Shown in pieces: positions 13,061 to 24,281 of a stretch of DNA of 64,000 nucleotides. The notes beneath the pieces are model-generated. The model ran no database searches. It saw only the letters and a list, made by a program, of their open reading frames with translations, and was not told the DNA's origin. Location: positions 1,984,001-2,048,000 of the forward strand of contig OZ037765.1 in assembly GCA_964035545.1 (NCBI GenBank). Direction: 5' to 3'. Position 1 is the stretch's first letter, and each line of letters opens with the position of its first letter. The translations under genes and the position numbers were made by a program. Source of the DNA: Bugula neritina (taxonomy: Eukaryota; Animalia; Bryozoa).

Positions 13061-16000
13061 TCACCTGGTAATAACAGAGGATAGACTGTAATACAGCCTC
13101 AACATGACTGAAGTGATCAACACAAACAAGCTAACGACTAGCAAAGGGTGATATGTTCTATTCTTTACAGTTTCATTAGAAATGCCACCACCGCACCCCG
13201 ACAACTCTCCCAACTTTAGCGGTTCGGGAACACCATCGGGTCGGCTGGCGGAACTTTTATCTGTAATTTTACACTTCATAAAGTGCTTGCCAGCTTCTGT
13301 GATCTCAACAGTCAACTTCTTACCCATGAAATCTCCATCCATTGGCACGAGCACCTGTAAGAAAACCACAACTAAGAAGCGAGTCACGAAAAGTCTGGTA
13401 ACTCGAGAGACCTTGTTGCGAGTCAAGTGCAACAAGGGTGTTTGCTTCTTTGTTTGTTTTATAATAAATTTAAGAAAATTGATCTTTAAAAAACCAAAGT
13501 CGCTCGAGCAATTAACATATCAGCTGTCGTTAAAGTGGAGAATTGAATAATTAATTGATAAGCGATTGAAGTGAAAGTTTATCGAGTACGAGTGATTTTC
13601 CGACTAACAATACTTAATTACCATAATCCATAATTATTTTAAAAAATGAGCACCAAATACAATTATTTTAATATTAGAATGTCATTTTTTACAGCTAAGT
13701 TACATGTGTAAACCTAACCCACCCATGTACCAGTACGCATATATTGAGTGTCACAAATGCTAACTCAACAATCTGGCTATAAATAAACACAATTATTTAC
13801 GACTTAATTTTGCAACTTTCAATTAAGTGAAATAGTTTAGTAATAAAAATGACACATTCATAAATTAAAAGCAAATAAAGTCTGAAAAATTATGTAAAAA
13901 TATTCTTTTCCTTATTGAATCAGACTTGTGTTGGTTTTCATCCACACATGTTGGTAAGCACTAGTTACTAAGAAAGACCTGCGGTGGTGCGGCAAGTCAA
14001 AGATATTAGTTTGCTAACCTCAGTGTATTAATTTAAACGCAGCAGACCCAAAGTGTTCTATTTATAGAAATGAGAGGCATTGATAGTAAAATGGAAGGTT
14101 TTTCCTTCTGTTTTAGATCTGCTTCAATTGACAAATACGAAAATTGCGGCTCAAATAATGGTGTCCATGCAATGGTGGGGGATAAGGTTATCCCTTTCCA
14201 CAAACATTCTCCTGATACAAAACCATTTGCAACAAAAGTTACCACTTTCAGTTTAATTTATAGACATTCATGACATGAGAATAATTGTGTTCACCAGCAA
14301 CAGTCATTCTACTTATTACTTCGCAAGCAAAAACACATTTAGCTGAAAGTAATTTTAAGCACACCAACCTGATCGTACGACTTATTATGGCCGACATAGT
14401 ACTTCCTGTCCGTGGACAACTCGGTTATCAACACGTCTTGAGTTTCACCGATCTGCAACAAAATATACCCAAATGACACTAGAAGTAGATTTACTATGAA
14501 GGTTTACTAAATTTAATAATATTTTGTGAGTTCTGAAAAGATATTCTACAGGCTAAGAAAAAAAATCGTTCTTCCTCCAATCAATAATGCATTTATAGAA
14601 AACCTTTGCTCTTCAGACTTTTCACTTAACTAAGATGCTTTTTGAAGGTTACAATAAAATCATGCATTATCTGGACAGGCAGCTAGAATCAGCGTCACCT
14701 GGTAACACATGAGTACTCATACATAGAATCAGTATCACCTGGTAACAGACAAACCACACAATTCCAGCAGGAAATAATCTTCTCTTGACAGAGAACATAT
14801 TCAAGTCGAGAGATTAAATCAGTGTCTGTGCAAACTGATGGTGAAACTTGCAGTATTTTGGAGTTGTCTTTTTATATAAATCAATTTTATGGGCAGACAA
14901 CTACCAACTGTGTAGCCAAATGCTCCTAATTAGAGAACAAGACATTGCAGTCGGATATTAACTTACAGCCAGAACAAATTTCTAACTAATGTGACGGAAA
15001 ACAAGTTGTAAGTTACTTACTCACCATACTATACTCTCATACCTTATGATTGTAGTGTAAGTACATATAAAATACACTTACATATTACACTTACCTTATG
15101 ATTATAGGGAAAGTAAGTCTGGAACAGCTCGTGGGCTTTCTTAGTTCTCTTCTTCACGACGTCTGCAGGAATCCTCTGCATCTTAGCAGCTGGAGTTCCG
15201 GGTCGGGGGAAGAACTGGTTAATAAATAGACTGGGGAACTTGTACTCCTCCACCAGCTTGAGGGTGCCTTCAAAGTCCTCCTCTGTTTCAGTAGGAAACC
15301 CACATATAAGATCTGTGGCTATAGTGATCCCTGGAACTCTACAATAAGACAATTAGTATACAAATATAGCATAGTATTGTACTGTATTATATTACATCAT
15401 TTTATATTACTATGTTACATTACAATATAATGTATAATATAATGTAATATATTATATTATATCATATACTACTACATATAAATTTATGTTACATATTACA
15501 TCATATGAAATATTATATTTATTACATCAAATGATATATCACATCATATAATATATTATATATTACATCGTATGACATATCACGTATCATAGACAGACCT
15601 TTGTTTAAGGAAGTCCACGACGTGTTTGAAGTCCTCCACCGTGTATTCTCTCTTCATCTCCAGAAGGACATTATCTGACCCAGCCTGTACCGGGACATGC
15701 AGAAACGAGTAGACTCTCGGGTGATTCAGTATCTTCGCCATCTCCTAGAAATAGTAAATATTTATTAGTAATACAATATTACAATATCATTAGCAGTATA
15801 TTCACAACAGTAATATAGAATCGCTAGATTTGAGTTGAAAATGTATTGTCTATTTTGAGATACATTTGTTTTTCGTAATTTTATTTCCAACCCGAAGTTG
15901 AGTTTGACTAAATGTTTTCAAGTGAGGATATACTAGCATTATGGTAACAGTAATATAATACTATAGTGATACAATAATAGAAATACAGTATGCTATTATA

Positions 16001-19000
16001 ATTGTAATGCACTTACTAGTATCATTACATTATATACTAATACAGAATTAACACAGTAGTAATAATATAGTACTAATATCGTAGTAAAATCGTAGTAATA
16101 TAATCTTAAACAGACAAAATATTATAGTACTTTTACAAATTGACAAAATTGGCTTTAAACTCTTTTTATGAAATATAAATTGGATTTAAACAATCCTGAA
16201 ATTCCGTCTATGGTAGAGGTCAATTTTGCAGCAAGAAATCAATGGTAGCACAAGTACTGAGCATAGCTCAGGTTCTACCTCTAGATGTTCCAGTATGTAA
16301 GGGGGGTTAGTCATGCCCAGCCTCAGCATACATCCCTCAGGTATGACCTCGACTAACTTCCACAGTAACTGAGGAAGGGTAACTCCAATATCTTTACCAT
16401 AAGCTCCGGTATCTTCAGAGGTAAGCCAGAGCTCAACAACTCCCTCTGATGCAATAGTATAGTATGATGTTATGACACCCTGAATACCTGTCAGTTGGTG
16501 TCATGATTTGTGTCAGTATACAGTCAGCTGGTGTCATGACTTGTGTCAGTATACAGTCAGTTGGTGTCATGACTTGTGTCAGTATACAGTCAGTTGGTGT
16601 CATGACTTGTGTCAGTATACAGTCAGTTGGTGTCATGACTTGTGTTAATATACAGTCAAATAACGATATGCTGGCTTTATCCAACACAGTATTACTGTAT
16701 GAAGAGCAAAACGTCTGAAAAAGTGGTCATGAACTTTACACGATGCCTTCATAAAAATATCTTTTCTACGGCAAATAATCCAATTTTGTAAAAGCTCCAA
16801 TCTCTAATTATGAAAAAAGTGGTAGAAGGACTTTAATCTTTCTCAATTATAAAAAAATTGCGCAAGATATATTGTGACTCTTTTATATAAAGATCAATTA
16901 GTTTATCAATCAAAGTCTGATTAGTAAAAGAAAATTTAGGCAAATAGATGCAGGCAAAATATCACAACACACAACTATGTACAGCAAGTCCCTCTACCCA
17001 TCTACACTTTCCTGTGATTAGAATATACCGAGATACTACCTTGGAAAGACTGTTCAGCTCTGGCCACAATCTCATCGGGAGGATAACTTCCCAACTCCCC
17101 GCGAGCATGCTTAGTCTTGCAGTACGTACACTGATTCAGACACCTGTGGGCACAATAGACCTGGTGTCAGTAGTATCAGAAGGCAACTCCAGTGTGTCAC
17201 AAATAAGCTTTATATTTCAGTATGCATAAAGTAAACAAGAATATAACATCTTACCATAAAAGAGCAGACAATTACCAGCTTCAAAAACACTGACAGATTG
17301 AGTGTCTTATAGTTTAACTTTTTGGACAATCAAAGCACAAAAATTTATTGTCACCACACGGTGAGCTCATCATCAGATAGTTTCACTTATTAAATGTAAA
17401 ACAGCCGAAGATTAGTGAAAGATGATGTTTATTTCCAAGAAATATTACGAATGAAAACCAACCAAACTTTGTGCTTTAAGGCAAGCTGTAAACTAGGCTT
17501 AACTAGTGATTGGAGGAGAAAGAAGAAAGATAACTCCTAATTTCAAAAACTGACCCGGTGTTGATGGCTATGATTTCTATCAATGGATTTTTTCTAATCT
17601 TTGGGAGGTCTAGCCGGGCTCCCCCAATCTTTCTGCCATCTGATTTCTTAGCCCCAAAAAGTCTCACAGAGTGACCTGCAAATAACAAACAATACAGTGG
17701 TGATGTATACATATCATGTGGTTTTATAATAATTATATATATGATAGAATGAACTAGCAATATAAACATACCATAACAAAATTATACTATAAATATAACA
17801 TGATGTACATATAATCAACAAATTAATTTGTGAACGAAAAGCTTCTTTTGAAATGCCAAAACACCATCAAAATAATGTCTCACAAATTAGATTGCAGCTA
17901 GTAACAGAGAAATTGTACAAAAATTGACGTTACCTGGACACATTATCTGACACATTATCTGACACATTACCTGGACACATTACCTGACACATTACTAAGA
18001 CATTACAGACGTGAAAAAGATTAGTAACTGATATTGTATAGACATGGTTATAAAACACAAATACTGGGTGAGACCCACAGGAAGTTTACCTTTCAGTGTT
18101 TCCTCCACTACTTCAACAACTCTGTCAATCTGCTGCACACCAATCACACTGAGTCCCTGTAATAAGTTACTAAATAGTATTATCATATACACCTCTCTGA
18201 ATCAACACATGGCTATATGTTACTCATGTTAGTACAGGCTAGAATACGCAGTCGAATATACAGCATGGTATACAACTTGCAATTTAATATAAGAACCTAC
18301 GCACAACCCTCATTTCCCTAACTTACAAATCTGGTTTGGAAAATATTTGCCATTATTTACCTGCAGATAGCCTGTTTTCCGTTCCCCTTGAGGGACGCAT
18401 CCCGCCACCACAATCTTCTTGTCTAAACTCTGGGCTAACTTGATTTCATTTCTAAAATGATCTTCTGCAGGATTCTTGACAGTACAGCTGTTGAGTAGCC
18501 ACACGTCTGCGTCCTGCTTGGCATCTGCAACATGTAGTTGTCTTCTCTAAGCATTGCACAAAATATTCCAACACAAACGATTTCAACAATAAAAAAAGAA
18601 AATATATTGGATAGCTTTTGCTCTCAAGTAATGTATGCAGCCCCTCCCCACTAATTGACCTCTACAAGGATTGTGACTATACAAGATACTATCTTATACT
18701 AAAAGTAGATAACAGCTCTGTTAGAAATTGAGACACAACAATAATTCTTATGAAGCTACCATGAGAACAATTTATGTAGCAGAGTTTCTGTTCCACTGTG
18801 TGTTTTAGTAAACTAAACAAGTGGCTGCCATCATTATGCTGTCTAGGAAATGAAAGACGGCCACGGAAATAAAGTCTTATGAATATTATCTATTGTTACA
18901 CAGCACAAGCAATCTGAATTACCATTTATAATTTTGCTCAAAGCAAAATTATCGAATTTCGTTGAATCAGAAGTGTATTTTACGATTCTTGTGGAAGTAT

Positions 19001-19276
19001 CTCTAACTAACCAACGATCTGGTATCCATACGCTGCAAGCTGCCCGGCCATGTACTCCCCATCCGAGTTGTTGTGTGAACAGCCCCAGGTCTTCACATAC
19101 ACTCTCTGAGTGCCGGGAATTATGCTGTCTGCTTCGGGAGTTGCGTCTGAGAGTTTAGGTCTGAGTCGCTTATATTTTGGGATAACCAGCTTGCGAGAGC
19201 TGTATCTCACATCTGGTGAGTCATCACCCTGACCAATAATATCTTCAATGTCATCGATGTCTTCACCGTGCACCAT
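13061..19276 (-). CDS. CDKAL1: Threonylcarbamoyladenosine tRNA methylthiotransferase (CDK5 regulatory subunit-associated protein 1-like 1)
   Basis: Ten coding exons: 19276-19012, 18524-18361, 18156-18090, 17675-17555, 17143-17040, 16445-16279, 15744-15599, 15338-15095, 14452-14369, 13354-13061. All are GT-AG and phase-consistent. Motifs: [28 protein letters not shown], radical-SAM [21 protein letters not shown], a TRAM region and a C-terminal hydrophobic tail anchor. Confidence 0.97.
16487..16660. repeat. Minisatellite, 33 bp unit (CAGTCAGTTGGTGTCATGACTTGTGTCAGTATA), about 5 copies, ~40 nt upstream of a CDKAL1 acceptor
   Basis: Near-perfect tandem copies; they explain ORFs 16433-16687 and 16503-16718. 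Confidence 0.92.
17930..17995. repeat. Short tandem repeat, 12-13 bp unit (TACCTGGACACAT), in a CDKAL1 intron
   Basis: About 5 copies; on the gene (minus) strand several units read CAG|GTAA. Confidence 0.8.
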
Positions 19277-20539
19277 TCTGCTTTACGCTGTAAACAAAAA
19301 ACTGATATCAATTATTATTCAATTTGATTTTTGCCAGCAATAATGAAACATGTTTTAGTTTAACTTTCAGCTTCATGGTATTTATTTACATCGCTGCTGT
19401 CATCATTATGAATATGAATATGAATTCAACAATGAGTAGCAGTATTAGTAAGAAAGTGAGAGTATTTACTAATATTATCAATATGACTACATGACAAAAC
19501 AAAAAATAAGTATTAGTATCACTATGGCTATCATTATGAGTATAAGTCGTAAAATTAGCTACTAATAGTCAAAGTCAAAAACCATAACACCAATGACTAA
19601 GTCTGATTTTAAACAATATTAGTAATACTATTACAGTGCTGTTAATGCATGTACTTATGGTACACTGTATTATACGATCAGGTATTAGAAACTGCAGAGC
19701 CTAACAATAGCATATATAGCCAAATAGCTATTAAGTATTATAGTTTTATTCAGTGTAGAATGTAGATAATCATCGCAAAGTGCTAATCACTTAGTACTTG
19801 ACTAGCTGATGAGTAAGACCTACATAAAATATAACTCAACACAGCGCAGTTGGGATTTGGGCAAATCTGTTCGTGAGAAAGACTCTTTCTACCCTTGCTA
19901 CCTACCACGCCTCTATAAAATATAGATAAGTATTTTCAATTCATTACTTGCTGGCGATTGTTCTACAAGTGTAAGGATTTAGAGATGTTTTGAGCTCACT
20001 GAGGCTGTGCTATATAAATGTAGTGCAATGTAGTGTAGTTCAGTGTTGGTGATTCACAGGTACTGACAGTGTAGTAATGTTGATGGCTGAGACAGCAGTA
20101 GTGCTAGTAATTCAAAGTTAATACCTGCGACAGTGATATAATTGCAGAAATTCACTGTACCAGTGCTAGACAATGTGGAAAGGGTAGTGTTTGCAATTTA
20201 CAGCGGGTGACATTAAACTAATTTACAGAGTTGGTGTTAATGAACAAATTTTGTGATTTTTGTCAGTGAAGTGAATTGAAGTGTCAGTGAAAGCGTTGCA
20301 CTTGCAGTTAGTGATCTACAGTGTCTGTGATCAATAGTGAAGAGTGGTTGAGAAGTGTCTTATGAAAGTAAGTGCTAAGGTCCATCTGAAATATTCGACA
20401 ATGCTATTAGTATTACCTACTATTACTATTATTGCTATTAAATTTGTATTAAAATCATCATGATTATAACTATAAGTATAATTATAATAATGAATTAAGA
20501 ATTAGGTGTTGACTTCTTTATTTCAAGACTGAGTGAGAG

Positions 20540-20925
20540 GCATATTAATATTATAATTATCATAATTATTATGATTATATTTATTATCATAATCTTTCAT
20601 TATTATTATAATATTTACTTAAACTATATTTATTTTTAATTTTATTACTATAAAATTTTAAGCATAAATATTTACTATTACTATAGTATTAGTATTACTA
20701 TTAGTATTAATATTACTGAGTATTACTATTAGTATTACTAAGTCTAATAGTAATACTAGTACTAGTACTAGTACTAGTAGTATTAGGTAATTAGTAATAC
20801 TAATACTAATAGTATTAGTATTACTATAAGTATAACTGTATAAGTAGAACTATAACTATAGTATAAGCCTTATGCCCTTATGAATAGCAATATGAATATG
20901 AATATGAATATGAATATGAATATGA
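20540..20925. repeat. AT-rich low-complexity and microsatellite block: (TAT)n, (TAGTAY)n, (ATATGA)n
   Basis: Visible short-unit repeats, including palindromic AGTACT runs at 20750-20780 and (ATATGA)n at 20890-20925. Confidence 0.8.
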
Positions 20926-22207
20926 GTTATCGATGTTATGTATTTTTATATCATATGACATTCACATTGGCAATAAGAATAATTATTTACACAAAGCATT
21001 GCAAATATAAAAAGTTTTGAGTTCGATTATAAAACTGCTAGAGCTTCAACCTTATCAAAATGACTACATATACACCAATTCATCATTAGATTTAGAATTA
21101 GTCAGGTAACCTATTACTTCTAGTATTAGTATTACTAGGCTATTACATTTACTACAACAATATTTATTATGAAGAAATATTCTTCATGTGGTTTTTAGAG
21201 ACTGCGTTTAGTCTATTTTCATATCTTGATTCTATCACCTGATTGGCACAGTTGAACGGAATAACCTAAGTAGCCTATAGTTTTAAATTTTGCTTTTTCT
21301 ACAGTTTTCCCGAGCTACTCGCTCGGGTGCTTTGAAACTTTGGTTATTAAACTTATACTGCAATCTTAAAGATTAAAGTCGCTAGAAGCAGCTCCAAGTC
21401 AGGGTTGAATAAGTAACCAATATTGTTCCAACACCAGTTTATAACCCAAATCACTGCACTTAATTACACCTAAGTTGGTGCTGTTTCAAGCGATTTCTAT
21501 CAAGAATTAGTAACTGTGGAAGCGAAGTCCTCTAGCTTCTGGTTATAGTTATTGAAATGTTAATGTTTATATTTTTATAAATTTAATTGAACATTATTAC
21601 TATCATTAAACAATTTCATCATCTAACCAAAACGCCGATGTCTTGCAATTGCTGAAACTAATCATCTTGCAACAGCTTTATACTTTTGTATAGGTAAACT
21701 AAACGTAAAAACTTCTACTCGGTCTGGTATTGATAGTCGTACTCGTACTACTAGTACTAGTTCTAGCTAGAGAACATACCTGCGGTATTATCTCTAGCTG
21801 TAGTTAGCCATGATGTTGTTTTTCATAAATTTTTATTTTAAATTTTATTTTTGTTGAAAATGTATTCATTTTATTCACGAGATGTAGACAGAGTTGTGGA
21901 TGCATAACTACGAGTTGGTAACAAATTCGGTACCTCCTACCATAGTCACCTACACAGCTTGGGCTACAAGTACACCTATGTGCTATGTTTGTAGCTAATA
22001 GCAAATTTGGTTGATTACTGATATTGACCCATTACAATATCGTTAGACACATTCAGTTAAATTTTTTGTTAATAATCCAACATTTTCTATTTTCATTGTG
22101 CCTTAACTCACTCTTGGTAGTTAGTTTGCAGCATTAAATCTAACAAGTTGCATTTGTAGTTGCATTGAATTTTGTGTTGATTTTTAGAAACTTTGGTGAC
22201 AATAGCA

Positions 22208-24281
22208 ATGACTTCGCCACCTGTAGTATATAATCTATTCGAGCGTGAAGCTGAGATTGAATGGAACTTCAGATTTCTGAATCCCGGAGACATTGCAGAA
22301 CTAAAAGACTTGTGTCAAGTTTGGTTTCCTGTTAGGTAAAAAGCTGGTTTCAAAGTTTCAAATTTTTTTGCAAAATAAAAATCTTTTTTTCACATGTACT
22401 TGTATTCTAAGTCTTTGTGTTAAACTATATTCTGTCAAAAATTAGCATTTTGGAAAAATGTTTCATTTGGCAAAGCTATCGTGAAAGTGTGAGAATACTT
22501 GGAGCACATGCATTATGGTGTGTGAATACAGGTGCTCTGATGATGTTACCCTGACAAGTGTTGTAGTCTAGTAAATGAAGGTGTCATGTTGACAATTGAC
22601 ATGTTGTTGCAGGTACCCTGACATGTGGTATAATGATGTCACTGCTGATAAGTGTAGTAGTGTAGTAAATCAAGGTGTCATTTTGACATGTTATTGCAGG
22701 TACCCTGACATGTGGTATAATGATGTCACAAGTGGCAAGTACTATTCTCTAGCCGCTGTACATCCTTATGATGGACATATCTTGGGAATTATTGTCTGTG
22801 GTGTGAAATCTGTTGACCAAGTCAACCAGGAAGTTAGTGTCTTATTTTTGTCTAAATATTTCCAAACAAACTTTAAGATAGTTTATACAGCGATCGAAAA
22901 AGCCTCATTTTTTAACTGCTGAACTTGAAATTGCTTACTGTGACTGGCATAGTATTAACTTTTATTAAATAAGTTTACCAAGACTAATTTAAAAGTACCT
23001 TCCATGTGCATCGTTATTGGTTTTATCTAGGATGGTTATTTGTTGTGCTCAAAGCAAGCTTCCTGTTTGGACACACACGTTGCCTACATCCTAAGTCTAG
23101 GAGTGACTGACAGCTATAGAAGGAAGCAACTCGGTGAGTCAGCTAGAGGTCAAAGGTCACTTTTCATTGTCGATTACGTTGAGTAGCTCTGAGTAATATG
23201 ATTCCGTGTTGCAGGGTCGACTCTGTTGAACAAACTGCTGAGTTACCTCACGTCCCCCGTCATGCAGACTGTTAAAGTTGTCTACTTGCACGTTCTCGCC
23301 ACAAACACTCCCGCCATTAGGTTCTACGAGAAACATTCCTTTACTCAGCACTTGTATCTTCCATTCTACTATCACATCGCCGGTAAATTCTCATATCTAA
23401 TGATATTTTAACTGCTTTTCTACTCATAATGTTTTATAATAGGAGTTATCTCCCCAATGTCTTTAAGTCTGAAAACAGTATGTGACACGTGTCACATGTT
23501 CAACACCTGTATGGCATGTGTCACATACTGGACACCTGTATGACACATGTCACATGTTCAACACCTGTATGGCACGTATCACATACTAGACACCTGCATG
23601 ACACGTATCACATACTAGACACCTGCATGACACGTGTCACATACTAGACACCTGCATGACACATGTCACATGCTAGACAAGTATAATAACTCTACAAGGT
23701 GTGGCTATAGTGTATTGAGTAGGATGTACTTTACTAAACACCTGCGTGTAGCCTCACATTGTGCTATTAATTTATATATTACACCGTACCTTTCTAGGTC
23801 GCTGCTGTGATGCCAGGAGTTATGCTCTCTATATCAATGGAGGGAAACCTCCCCAGACTCTCATATATCCTTTTATACTATATAGTCTAGTGTCATGTTT
23901 ATTGTTGATGCTAGTTAGGCAATGTAATGGTATAACAGTCACTGTATGTGAATGTGCAACATATTGATTTAATGTTTCAAATTTTTGCCTTTTTAGGCTT
24001 GATTCAGATATTTTTGAATTTGTCACCATGTGTTAAAATATGCAATCATATATGCACAGCTATATGTTATGTACAGCAATATAAAGTCTATGCGATTTCA
24101 TAGACTTAATTCTGGAATAACTTTGATCACTTAGCATTTCAGTTACTAGTTTCCTTGACTACAGAACACTAGCCAGTTGAGAGGCCGTTTCAGGAGGCTC
24201 TTCAGTTTAGCCTTCAGACTGTGTTACTGCCGGTTTGCAGTCTTGCGTATTGCAGCCTCTATCCGTAGCCTGTTCCGGTAG
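22208..24281 (+). CDS. NAA60: N-alpha-acetyltransferase 60 (NatF), GNAT fold with C-terminal amphipathic membrane anchor
   Basis: Exons 22208-22335, 22700-22832, 23031-23133, 23215-23382, 23798-23864, 24170-24281. Motifs: WFPVRYPDMWY, AYILSLGV..SYRRKQLGSTLL, VYLHVLATN..AIRFYEK, LPFYYHI, YALYINGG.PP. The last intron is AT-AC, and the last exon encodes the basic/hydrophobic ISQLRGRFRRLFSLAFRLCYCRFAVLRIAASIRSLFR*. Confidence 0.93.
23476..23680. repeat. Minisatellite, 29 bp unit (ACACCTGYATGACACGTGTCACATACTAG), about 7 copies, in NAA60 intron 4
   Basis: Direct tandem copies, several with the internal palindrome TGACACGTGTCA. Confidence 0.9.
23865..24169 (+). other. U12-type (minor spliceosome) AT-AC intron of NAA60
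   Basis: 5' splice site ATATCCTTT at 23865, branch site TTTCCTTGAC at 24150-24159, and terminal AC at 24168-24169. Splicing gives an open terminal exon of 36 sense codons plus stop. Confidence 0.88.

Noticed and set aside
22100-22120. U12 branch site (CCTTAAC) in the NAA60 5' UTR intron
   Set aside because: No RTATCCTT donor was found upstream; the motif also fits an ordinary U2 branch point.
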